From an uncultured Gemmatimonadales bacterium (GTDB lineage: Bacteria > Gemmatimonadota > Gemmatimonadetes > Gemmatimonadales > GWC2-71-9): DNA of 64,000 bases. Within the stretch, counting starts at the first letter, position 1; every line of letters starts with the position of its first letter. The translations under genes were made by a program, and so were the position numbers. This document shows positions 39,392 to 48,475 of the stretch, in pieces. Below the pieces are notes generated by a model, which did not search any database, was not told where the DNA came from, and worked only from the letters and a program-made list of their open reading frames with translations. The stretch covers positions 640,001-704,000 of the forward strand of contig CAWCFX010000001.1 in assembly GCA_963795085.1 (NCBI GenBank), read 5' to 3'.

Positions 39392-40819
39392 TCAATGCTC
39401 GCCGTTCGCGAGCCGTTCCCGGATCCGCCGTGCCGCCTCGATCCCGCTGGCGTTGGTGGGGTCCAGCGCCACCGATTTTTCGTAGTTCCGCAGCGCCGGC
39501 TCCAGCTGCCCGTCCGCCAGGTATGCCTCCCCCAGGCTGTCGTAGGGGTTGGGTCGATCAGGATACTCCTCCACGTTCAACTCGAAGATCGCGATAGCGT
39601 CCTTGACCTGCCGAGCCTGCAGGAGGTCATACCCCAGGGTGTTCAGCAGGAACTCGCTGAACCCAGCCGTAGAGCCGGCCCGTTTGAGTTCGTGGTACCG
39701 GACAATCGCGGCCGGCGCCCCCTGCCGCCGGAGTACATCCGCCATTTCAACGCGTACGCGCCGGGCCGGCGAGTCGTACTGCTCGTACCTGAGCCAGGCG
39801 GCTCCCGGCTGATCCTCGCCGGCCAGGCTCAGGATCGCTCGTTGCAGGGCAAGACCGTTGTCGCTGTTGGCGAAGTACACCAGGCCGGACTTCCGCGAAG
39901 GATCGGCCAGCAGGTACCCCTTGTAGCCGCCGTTGTCCCCCCACTGAAAGAATTCCAGGCCCCGGGCCGTGCGCTGGAGCCCGACGCCAAGACCCCAGGA
40001 TACTCCGGAATCCACGGAGACCTGGGGAACCATCATCGCGGCGACCGTCGCCGCTTTGAGGCCCCGGTGATTCAGGAGCGCGGCCAGGAAGCGGCCGTAG
40101 TCGGGGCCGGTGGTGTGCAGGCTGGCCGCCGCGTTCGCAGTGCCGGGGTGCGCCTTGGGCCGGGGCGAGGCGGCGGCATTGTGGGGCACTGCCACATTGT
40201 CGTCGAACCGGGATTCCCACGTGAGGCTGCTGCGGACCATTCCCAGGGGCGCAAACACCTCCCGCCGGGCCAGGTCGGGCAGGGAGAGCCCGGTAAGTTT
40301 TTCCATGACGAGGCCGAGATAGACGAATCCTTCGCCGGAATAGCTGAACCGGGCGCCAGGCTCGAACTGGATGGTGAGGTTACCGCCCCGGGGCCGCCAG
40401 TTGGGGAATCCGGAGGTGTGGCTCAGGATCATGCGCGCCGTGATCCGCTGATATCGTGAATCGTCGGCGATGTCAGGATAGGGAAGGTACCTGGCGAGGG
40501 GCCGGTCGAGGTCGAGCAGTCCCCGATCCATCAGCCGCAGGGCCGCATAGGCCACCACCTGCTTGGTGAGCGAGGCGGCCTCAAAGACCGTGGCGGTGTC
40601 GGCCGCTACCCGGGTTTCCGCGCTCCGGACGCCAAAGGCGCGGGCGTAGACCAGCCGGCCGTTCTCCACGACGGCGAGGGTCAGCCCCGGCACCCCGGCT
40701 GAATCCATGATGGCGGGAAGCCGGCGCTCGAGTTCGGCCGTTCGTTGAGCAAGGGGAACCTGGCCCTGGAGCGGGCTGGCGGCGAGCAGAACGAGGGGGA
40801 GCCAGTGAATGAGGCGCAT
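39392..40819 (-). CDS. Serine hydrolase (beta-lactamase/PBP class C family) with C-terminal TPR
   Basis: FEAASLTK (SxxK), LSHTSG, FSYSGEG; LNTLGY..YDSLGEAY TPR. Confidence 0.92.
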   Translation of the reverse strand: MRLIHWLPLVLLAASPLQGQVPLAQRTAELERRLPAIMDSAGVPGLTLAVVENGRLVYARAFGVRSAETRVAADTATVFEAASLTKQVVAYAALRLMDRGLLDLDRPLARYLPYPDIADDSRYQRITARMILSHTSGFPNWRPRGGNLTIQFEPGARFSYSGEGFVYLGLVMEKLTGLSLPDLARREVFAPLGMVRSSLTWESRFDDNVAVPHNAAASPRPKAHPGTANAAASLHTTGPDYGRFLAALLNHRGLKAATVAAMMVPQVSVDSGVSWGLGVGLQRTARGLEFFQWGDNGGYKGYLLADPSRKSGLVYFANSDNGLALQRAILSLAGEDQPGAAWLRYEQYDSPARRVRVEMADVLRRQGAPAAIVRYHELKRAGSTAGFSEFLLNTLGYDLLQARQVKDAIAIFELNVEEYPDRPNPYDSLGEAYLADGQLEPALRNYEKSVALDPTNASGIEAARRIRERLANGEH

Positions 40820-40952
40820 TTGTTCGTGATGGGGGCTGGGGAAACGAAGACCTCGCGGTCACTGGAGTAGATACGGAATAGCGCTGGAAAGGTTTGCAGG
40901 CGTTCACGCGGAGGGCGGCAGGACAGGACGGCGATTCGGCCGCGCAGAGACG

Positions 40953-40980
40953 AAAACGCCCCCGCCGGTGGCGGGAGCGT
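40953..40980 (-). terminator. Terminator downstream of tRNA-Pro
   Basis: Minus strand ACGCTCCCGCC-ACC-GGCGGGGGCGT followed by TTT. Confidence 0.7.
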
Positions 40981-40982
40981 AA

Positions 40983-41056
40983 TCGGGACGGCGGGATTTG
41001 AACCCGCGACCCCCTGAACCCCATTCAGGTGCGCTACCGGGCTGCGCTACGTCCCG
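40983..41056 (-). tRNA. tRNA-Pro(GGG)
   Basis: CGGGACG acceptor, CCTGA-ATGGGGT-TCAGG anticodon arm, GGTTCAAATCC. Confidence 0.96.
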
Positions 41057-41063
41057 TGGAACA

Positions 41064-41135
41064 GCAGAGTGCAAAGTACAGAGTGCAAAGTACAGAGTGC
41101 AAAGGACAGAGTGCAGAGTGCAGAGTACAAGGTGC
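41064..41135. repeat. Tandem 7/14-mer repeat (CAGAGTG CAAAGTA)n
   Basis: About 10 heptamer units directly upstream of tRNA-Pro. Confidence 0.85.
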
Positions 41136-41243
41136 GGGCGCCCTGCCTGACTGCGCTACGGCCCGTCACTCCCCTGGATCCCGCACTGGGCGAGGCGTAA
41201 GGTAGCCGATCCCCGCCCATCCCGGTAGGCCGGGCGTCGGGCC

Positions 41244-41714
41244 CTACCTTCCCCGCTGCCTCATGTCCAGGCTGGTCAGGCCGCCCCCGAAGTAGGCAAT
41301 CATGAGAGCGCCACCCAGCATGGCCAGGTTCTTCATGAACATGGCCTGTTGGACCCCCACTGCCGCGGGGTCCGACAGGGTCCAGAACTGGTGCATGGTG
41401 AACGTCACCGGGACCAGGAACAGCACGATCAGCCAGGCCCCGAGCCGGGTGTGGAATCCCAGCAGGATGCAGAGGCCGCCGGCCAGGGCCACCACACCGG
41501 AGACGGGCACCAGGATCTCCGCCAGGGGCACGCCCTGCTGGGCAGCAAATCCGATGGTGGCCCGGGAAAAATGCCGCAGGCCCGACATGATGAAGATCGC
41601 GGCGAAGAGCGCCCGGGCAAGCGGGATGACGATCCGCCAGTGTTCCCCCACCGGGATGTGCGCCGGCAGTCGAGTGACCCGCCGCTCGACGAGCGGTTCG
41701 GTGTATGAGGTCAT
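41244..41714 (-). CDS. DoxX family membrane protein
   Basis: ARALFAAIFIMSG, LGFHTRLGA, HQFW, FMKNLAMLGG; GAGGAG RBS. Confidence 0.92.
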   Translation of the reverse strand: MTSYTEPLVERRVTRLPAHIPVGEHWRIVIPLARALFAAIFIMSGLRHFSRATIGFAAQQGVPLAEILVPVSGVVALAGGLCILLGFHTRLGAWLIVLFLVPVTFTMHQFWTLSDPAAVGVQQAMFMKNLAMLGGALMIAYFGGGLTSLDMRQRGR

Positions 41715-41885
41715 GATTTCTCCTCGCTAATCCTCGGGTCCACTATGGGTCCTGGTACTCGTTATAGATGTGACCACCGTCAATGACGTTCCTTAACGCA
41801 TTGTCCCGGCACGGGATGGGTAAGATGTACCTGTTCAGCGTATATTCCGCTGCCCGTCCTTTATCCCAGCCCAGAGCCGGCCTCC

Positions 41886-43193
41886 ATGACTGAGACCTCA
41901 CCGAATCCAGACGCCCTCCTGGTGCGTGAGCTGGGCACCCGCCAGCTGGCCGCCGGCATTTTCAACTATGTCGTCGGGAGCGGCATTTTCGCCCTCCCCG
42001 CCATCGCGATGGGCATGCTGGGACCTGCGGCCCCGGTGGCCTACCTGGCCTGCGCCATCCTGATGGGCATGGTGGTGCTCTGCTTTGCGGAGGCAGGGAG
42101 CCGGGTGGTAGCGTCGGGGGGGCCGTATGCCTACGTCGAGGTGGCGCTGGGCCCGTTCGTCGGCTTCATGGCCGGCGCGCTCAACTATCTCACGCAGATC
42201 GCCGCGACGTCCGCGGTGACGGCCCTGCTCGCCGATTCGGTGGCCCGGCTGGCCGGCATTGAAGGATCGTTCGTCTTTCGCGCCGTGTTTGTGCTCGTCA
42301 CCCTGGCCCTGCTCGCGTGGGTCAACATCCGCGGGGTCCGGACCGGCGCCCGGGTCCTGGAACTGGTGACGGTGGCTAAGCTGGTGCCGCTGGTGGGATT
42401 CGTCCTGATCGGAATGTTTTTCGCCGATGGTGGCAACCTCGGATGGACCGAGACTCCCAGCGTCAAAGGGGTGCTCGGCGCGGCGGGGATCCTGATCTTC
42501 GCCTTCGCCGGCATCGAAGGGGCGCTGGCGCCGAGCGGGGAACTGAAGGACCCAAACCGCACGGTGCCGCGGGCGGCGTTCCTTGCCCTGGGCCTGGTGA
42601 CGGTACTGTATATCGCCATTCACCTGGTGGCCCAGGGGATCCTGGGGCCGGAGCTGGCCGTGGACAAAGTGACCCCGCTCGCCACCGCGGCGGCCCGGTT
42701 CGCCGGTCCGGCGGGGTTCACGATCATGGTGGTGGCCGCGTCCATTTCCATGCTGGGACACACCAGCGGCGCCATCCTGGCCACCCCGCGGATGCTGCTG
42801 GCCTTCGGCCGGGACGGTTTCATTCCCCGCTGGTTTGCCACGGTACATCCCCGCTTTCGCACTCCCCACGTCGCGATCGTGATCCACACCGCCGTGCTGG
42901 CCGTGGTGGCCCTCTCCGGCACCTTTGCCCAGCTGGCCATCCTCGCCAACGTCGCCGTACTGTCGCTCTATTTTCTCTGCGCGATCGCGGCCCTGGTGCT
43001 TCGGCGGCGGGACGTGCGGCAGAGCGGGGCACCGTTCGAAACGCCGGGCGGCCCCCTGGTCCCGATTCTTACCTGCGTTGCCATCACCTGGCTGCTCTGG
43101 GCCACCGTCACCCGCCGCGAATTCGTGGCCCTGGCCGCAGTGCTGGCGATCGCGGTGGTAATGTACGGGGTACGCCGCGCGCGGGGGGCCTGA
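41886..43193 (+). CDS. APC family amino acid permease
   Basis: VGSGIF, FAEAGS..SGGPY, FAFAGIE, HPRFRTP; ~12 TM. Confidence 0.93.
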   Translation: MTETSPNPDALLVRELGTRQLAAGIFNYVVGSGIFALPAIAMGMLGPAAPVAYLACAILMGMVVLCFAEAGSRVVASGGPYAYVEVALGPFVGFMAGALNYLTQIAATSAVTALLADSVARLAGIEGSFVFRAVFVLVTLALLAWVNIRGVRTGARVLELVTVAKLVPLVGFVLIGMFFADGGNLGWTETPSVKGVLGAAGILIFAFAGIEGALAPSGELKDPNRTVPRAAFLALGLVTVLYIAIHLVAQGILGPELAVDKVTPLATAAARFAGPAGFTIMVVAASISMLGHTSGAILATPRMLLAFGRDGFIPRWFATVHPRFRTPHVAIVIHTAVLAVVALSGTFAQLAILANVAVLSLYFLCAIAALVLRRRDVRQSGAPFETPGGPLVPILTCVAITWLLWATVTRREFVALAAVLAIAVVMYGVRRARGA

Positions 43194-43199
43194 TCTCCG

Positions 43200-43276
43200 T
43201 TCCCTTCCCTGTCGGGAAGGAGGTTGGGCTTCAAACTACCTAACCCCTACCCCCTTCCCTATTGGGAATGGGGTTT
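43200..43276. repeat. REP-like palindromes downstream of the DUF559 gene
   Basis: CCTTCCC-TGTC-GGGAAGG and CCCCTTCCC-TATT-GGGAATGGGG. Confidence 0.65.
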
Positions 43277-43691
43277 GATCATCATCTGGATTGGGGAAGG
43301 GCACGTGGCTGACAGTCGGGTGATCCGCAGGCTTCTCGAATTGCCGCAACCACGACCTCCAGTCTTTCCAGGACATCCAGGTGCTGAAGTGCACCACCCG
43401 GATGTGCCGTCGGCTTAGCGCGGCATCACGGTCACGATCATAGTCGCCTTGGTTGTCATGAATGTCGCCGTCCAGCTCGATGGCTAGCCGTGTGCTATGA
43501 CAGTAAAAATCCACAATGAACCCGGCGATGACCTGCTGTCGACGAATGTGAAGCCCGCCAAGCTGATTGCGACGGACCGCTTGCCACAGCGTCCGTTCGG
43601 CGGCCGTCATGTTTCGCCGAAGCTCCTTCGCGAGCTCGACCTTCGCGCGGTCCACTCGCTGGCCGATAATGACACGGTTGCTCTCCCGCAT
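43236..43691 (-). CDS. DUF559 (Vsr-like PD-(D/E)xK) endonuclease, apparent frameshift near 43382
   Basis: AKELRRNMTAAERTLW, RRQQVIAGFIVDFYC, LAIELDGDIH, DRDRD; the typical helical C-terminus continues in another frame. Confidence 0.85.
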   Translation of the reverse strand: MRESNRVIIGQRVDRAKVELAKELRRNMTAAERTLWQAVRRNQLGGLHIRRQQVIAGFIVDFYCHSTRLAIELDGDIHDNQGDYDRDRDAALSRRHIRVVHFSTWMSWKDWRSWLRQFEKPADHPTVSHVPFPNPDDDQTPFPIGKGVGVR

Positions 43692-43735
43692 GCCATAATC
43701 TGATCTGCATGCCAGCAGAAGTCGTCATCCTTTTT

Positions 43736-43960
43736 CCGCAGAGCCCATGAATACCCCCTTCCCAGCAGGAAGGGGACAGGGGTAGCCAGGTCACGCACCC
43801 TTTGCCCGCGGAGCCTGTCAAAACCCCCTTCCCAGCAGGGAAGGGGGCTGGGGGTTAGGTCCTTCCCTGCAGCGAGGGGACGGGGTAGCAGGCCACGCAT
43901 CTTTCTCCGCAGAGCCTATGAATACCCCCTTCCCAGCAGGGAAGGGGGCAGGGGGTGAGG
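43736..43960. repeat. Three ~55-bp direct repeats, each containing a CCCCCTTCCC-AGCA-GG(G)AAGGGG hairpin
   Basis: Copies start near 43736, 43807 and 43907 (CCGCRGAGCCY..ACCCCCTTCCCAGCAGG..GGGGGT). Confidence 0.85.
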
Positions 43961-44082
43961 TCCCCGCTTGCGCTCCTCCGAACCACCCTGCACACTCCCA
44001 GGGTGCAACCAAACGGCCGTCTGTTGCGTCTATAGGTTCAGCCGGCTGAGCCGCGCCCGGTTCATTTCCATCAGGATCCGAC

Positions 44083-45477
44083 ATGTCATTTCCCAATCCC
44101 GTCCGCCTGTTGAGGGCGGTTCGCTGGCCGCGTTCCCGGACCAACCGGGCGCTGCTCGTGGTCGGGGCGCTGGCCGTCCCCGGCGTCTGGCTCTTTGCCC
44201 GCAGCCCGGCCGCCTCCGATGCCTCGCTCGTCGCCCGGGTGAAGCACGGGAAGTTCACCCAGACCATCACCTCGAGCGGCGAGCTCCGGGCCCGCGAGTT
44301 CGTCGAGGTCACCGGGCCGGCGAACGCCCAGCAGGCCGGGGCCTACCAAATGAAGATTTCCTCGCTGGTGCCCGAGGGCACACTCGTCAACGCCGGCGAT
44401 GTCGTCGCGGAACTGGACCGGTCCACCCTGGCGAATAAGCTCAACGAGGTCTCCCTCGCGCTTCAGAAGGCCCAGGCCCAGTACGAGCAGGCCATGCTCG
44501 ATTCGACCCTCAATCTCTCTACCGCGCGCGAGAATATCCGCACCATGGAACTGACGCTGGAAGAGAAGCGGATCGCGAAGGAGCAATCGGTGTACGAGGC
44601 GCCCTCGGTGCGGCGGCAGGCGGAGATCGACTACGAGAAGGCCGAGCGGGCGCTGGCCCAGGCCCGCTCCGACTACGTCACCCGGGAGGAGCAGGCCAAG
44701 GCCAAGATGCGGGAGGTCGGCGCCGACCTGGCCCGGCAGCAGGGGCTGCTCAAGGTGGTGCAGGACGTGATGGAGGCCTTCACCATCCGGGCGCCCTCGG
44801 CGGGGATGGTGATCTACGTCAAGGAATGGAATGGCCGCAAGCGGACCTCGGGCTCCCAGGTCAGTTCCTGGGACCCGGATGTCGCCACGCTTCCTGATCT
44901 CTCCCGCATGGAGTCGGTCACCTACGTCAACGAGATTGACGTCCGCCGGATCCAGGCCGGGCAGCCGGTCACCATCACCCTGGATGCCGATCCCGCAAAG
45001 CGGCTGAACGGCACCGTGGCCGCGGTGGCCAACGTGGGCGAGCAGCGGCCCAATACCGACGCCAAGGTCTTCGAGGTGAAGGTCACCATCACCGAGTCCG
45101 ACACCACCCTCCGCCCCGGGATGACCACCGGGAACTCGATTGAGACCTTCACCACCGATGACGTGCTGTTCGTGCCGCTCGAGGCGGTCAACAGCGAGAA
45201 CGGGATTCCCTATGTGTACCGGGTGAACGGCGGCGGCATCGAGAAGCAGGAAGTGGTGACCGGCGCGCTCAACGACGACGAGGTGATCATCGCGCAGGGT
45301 CTCACCCAGGACGACCAGGTCCTGCTCACGCCGCCCGCCGACGGAGGCCGTATGACCATCAAGCGGCTGCCCAATTCTCCGGTTCCTCAGGCGCCCGACA
45401 CCACCGCGCCCCCCGCCGGCGGCGACACCGCGGCCGGTCCCAGGCCGGTGGCGAATACCGGGCAGCGGGCTCCCTGA
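44083..45477 (+). CDS. Efflux periplasmic adaptor (MacA/HlyD family)
   Basis: N-terminal anchor, LVPEGTLV..GDVVAELD, coiled coil, IRAPSAG, LRPGMT. Confidence 0.92.
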   Translation: MSFPNPVRLLRAVRWPRSRTNRALLVVGALAVPGVWLFARSPAASDASLVARVKHGKFTQTITSSGELRAREFVEVTGPANAQQAGAYQMKISSLVPEGTLVNAGDVVAELDRSTLANKLNEVSLALQKAQAQYEQAMLDSTLNLSTARENIRTMELTLEEKRIAKEQSVYEAPSVRRQAEIDYEKAERALAQARSDYVTREEQAKAKMREVGADLARQQGLLKVVQDVMEAFTIRAPSAGMVIYVKEWNGRKRTSGSQVSSWDPDVATLPDLSRMESVTYVNEIDVRRIQAGQPVTITLDADPAKRLNGTVAAVANVGEQRPNTDAKVFEVKVTITESDTTLRPGMTTGNSIETFTTDDVLFVPLEAVNSENGIPYVYRVNGGGIEKQEVVTGALNDDEVIIAQGLTQDDQVLLTPPADGGRMTIKRLPNSPVPQAPDTTAPPAGGDTAAGPRPVANTGQRAP

Positions 45478-45496
45478 CCGGGCGCCGAGATCATCC

Positions 45497-46899
45497 ATGA
45501 ACGAGCGATTCAACCGCGAGAATCTCGGCGAACTGCGGGCCATCATCGTCGGGCATGTTCTCTTCAGCATGCGCACGGCGCTGGAGGCCGTGCGGGTCAA
45601 CAAGCTGCGGGCCGGCCTGACTTCGCTGGGATTCTCTTCGGGGTCGCCTCGGTGATCGCCATGCTGGCCATCGGCAAGGGCGCCGAACAAGAGGTGCTGG
45701 AGCAGATGCGCCTGTTGGGATCCAACAACGTGGTGGTCACCCCCCTGGTAGAACAGAAAGAAGGCCCCGCCGCGGAAGAGGACAAGCGGGACGTCAAGAA
45801 GTTCACCCCCGGGCTCACCTACGCCGACGCGCAGTCCATCCTGCGGGTGGTGCCCGGCGTCGAGGCCGCCAGCGCCGAAATCGTGCTCAACACCACGCTG
45901 AGCCGGGAGGGCCGCCGCCGGTCCGGCAAGGTGGTGGGGGTGGATACCTCCTATTTCAGCCTGACTAACCTGGAACTGCAGCGGGGGACCTGGTTCCGGT
46001 CGCTGGAGGTGGAACGCGGGCTGCCGGTGGCGATCATCGGCCAGGGCGTCCGCACTCGTTTCTTCACCACCGAAGACCCCATCGGCAAGCCGCTCAAGGT
46101 GGGTGAGACCTGGGTGACGGTGGTGGGCGTGCTCGCCGACCGCCACGTCGCTGACAACTTCGCCGGGCAGCTCGGCATCCGGGACGCCAACATGGACGTG
46201 TACGTTCCGGTCCGGTCCCTGCTGCTCCGCTACCGGAACCGGGCGCTGGTCACCGCGCAGGACGTCCAGGAAGCCTCCCGCGAGGGCAACTTCGTCTCCA
46301 ACGACGAACAGCCCGAGTCCGAGGAACAGCGTGCCGAGCGAACCAACTATCACCAGCTGGACCGGATCATTGTCCGGGTCAGCGAGTCCACCCTGGTGCC
46401 CGCGGTGGCCACGGTGCTCAGGAAGATGCTGGAGCGCCGCCACAACGCGGTGGTGGACTTCGAGGTCACGGTCCCCGAGCTGCTGCTGCAGCAGGAGCGC
46501 CGCACCAAGACCATTTTCAATATTGTGCTGGGGGCCATCGCCTCCATCTCGCTCATCGTCGGCGGCATCGGCATCATGAACATCATGCTCGCCTCGGTGC
46601 TGGAGCGGATCCGGGAGATCGGCGTCCGCCGGGCGATGGGCGCCACCCAGAAGGACATTCTCTACCAGTTTCTGAGCGAGGCGGTCCTGATCAGCGTGGC
46701 CGGCGGGGTCGCCGGCATCCTGGTCGGTGTCGGGATCAGTGCCGGCATCGAGAAGCTGGCCGGTATCGCGACCATCGTCTCCTTCGTCTCGGTAGGTCTC
46801 GCGTTCGCGGTTTCGATTACGGTGGGGATCGCCTTCGGCATCATGCCCGCCTACCGGGCAAGTCTGCAGGACCCGGTGGTGTGCCTGAGATATGAGTGA
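45497..46899 (+). CDS. MacB/FtsX-type ABC transporter permease, frameshift at G-run 45628-45630
   Basis: NKLRAGLTSLG|ILFGVASVIAM joins with one extra G; SLIVGGIGIMNIMLASVLERIREIGVRRAMGA. Confidence 0.9.
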
Positions 46900-46954
46900 G
46901 AAGTGCAAAAGTGAGAAGGCGCCGTCAACCCATAGCGATCAGGGCAGGAGGCCG

Positions 46955-48412
46955 GTGAGAACTTCGATTGGGAGAGCTTCCCTCATCGTGGCGGGGCTGG
47001 CGGGCTGGGCGGGGACGCTTGCGGCCCAGCGTGCCGTCACCCTGCCGGAGGCCATTGCGCTGGCCCAGCAGCAGGGACTCCAGGCCCGGGCGGCCAATGC
47101 CTCGCTGGCGGCGGCCCGGCACAACGATGCGGCGTTCAACGCCCGGCTGCTGCCCCAGCTCTCGCTGAGCGGAAACCTGCCCCGCTACAACCGGTCCATC
47201 ATCCCGGTCATCCAGCCGGATGGCAGCACCCAGTTCCGGGCCCTGACCCAGACCACGACCGACCTGGCGCTTACCATGTCGCAGCAGATCCCCGGCACCG
47301 GGGGCACCCTGTTCGTGTCCTCGTCGCTGGAGCGGTTCACGGTCACCGGGCAGCAGGACGTGCGGACCTGGTCTTCCACGCCGGTGCAGATCGGCGTCCG
47401 GCAGGACATCCTGCGCCCCAACACCGCGCGCTGGAACCAGCGCCAGCAGGCTGTCCAGGGCGAACTGGCCGAGCGGCTCTACCTGGAGAGCATGGAGGAG
47501 ATCGCGCTGCAGGCCACCCAGGCCTTTTTTGATGTGTATGCCGCCCGCACCGGCCTGGCCAATGCCGTGACCAACGCGGCCGTCAACGACACCCTGTTCA
47601 CGCTCAACAAGGGGCGCTACGAGGTGGGGAGAATCGGGGAGAACGATCTCCTCCAGAGCGAGCTGGCCCTGCTTCGCGCCCGGGCGGCGGTGCAATCGGC
47701 CCGGCTGGAATACGACCGGGCCACGGCGGCGCTCCGGCTGATCCTGAACCTCCCCCCCGGCACTGACCTCCAGGTGGTGGTGTCGCCCGAGGTCCCGGAG
47801 GTCGCGGCCGATACCGCGAAGGCGGTCGCCGAGGCGATGCTGAATCGCGCGGCGGTCAGCGACGTGGCGCTGCAGGATGTGCAGGCCAGGCGCCGGGTGG
47901 CCGATGCCCGCCTGGCGCAGGGAATCGGAGCGACGGTGCAGGCGAGCTTCGGCCTCAACGCCTCGGCGCCGGAGGCGAGCCTCGCCTACCAGAACCTGCT
48001 CCAGTCGCGGGCCTTTTCGCTCTCGGTCGAGATGCCGCTGTGGCAGTGGGGCGCCCGGTCGCAGTCCGTGCAGGCCGCGCGGTCCGACCAGGAACGGGTC
48101 GAGAGCAACGCCGAGGCCACCCTCCGGCAGACCGCGCACGAGGCGCACTTTGCGGTCCTGGAGCTGGAGCAGGCCAAGATCAACCTGCTGATCACCGCCA
48201 AGGCCGACACGGTCGCCGGCAAGCGATTCGAAGTGGCCTATAACCGCTACGTGATCGGCCGCATCCAGATCGATAACCTCTACCTGGCGCAGTCCGAGAA
48301 GGACCAGGCCCTGCTGCAGTACGTGCAGGCGCTGCGCGGATACTGGCTCGCCTATTACCGGCTGCGCCGCGCCACGCTGTTCGACTTCGCCGCGGGCCAG
48401 CGGATTCACTGA
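46955..48412 (+). CDS. TolC family outer-membrane efflux protein
   Basis: GTG with AGGAGG RBS, signal peptide, TLPEAIALA, LLPQLSL, RYEVGRI repeats. Confidence 0.92.
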   Translation: MRTSIGRASLIVAGLAGWAGTLAAQRAVTLPEAIALAQQQGLQARAANASLAAARHNDAAFNARLLPQLSLSGNLPRYNRSIIPVIQPDGSTQFRALTQTTTDLALTMSQQIPGTGGTLFVSSSLERFTVTGQQDVRTWSSTPVQIGVRQDILRPNTARWNQRQQAVQGELAERLYLESMEEIALQATQAFFDVYAARTGLANAVTNAAVNDTLFTLNKGRYEVGRIGENDLLQSELALLRARAAVQSARLEYDRATAALRLILNLPPGTDLQVVVSPEVPEVAADTAKAVAEAMLNRAAVSDVALQDVQARRRVADARLAQGIGATVQASFGLNASAPEASLAYQNLLQSRAFSLSVEMPLWQWGARSQSVQAARSDQERVESNAEATLRQTAHEAHFAVLELEQAKINLLITAKADTVAGKRFEVAYNRYVIGRIQIDNLYLAQSEKDQALLQYVQALRGYWLAYYRLRRATLFDFAAGQRIH

Positions 48413-48475
48413 ACGGCAAGAGGCCAGAGGCCCAGGGACAGGTGGTGAACGGTTCCCGCCGTTCTATATTCGGGG

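Noticed and set aside
43736..43960. Possible CRISPR array
   Set aside because: Only three degenerate units, irregular and partly repeated spacers, no cas genes
44086..48409. Long antisense ORFs (940 aa and 494 aa) over the efflux operon
   Set aside because: Shadow ORFs with no recognisable motifs
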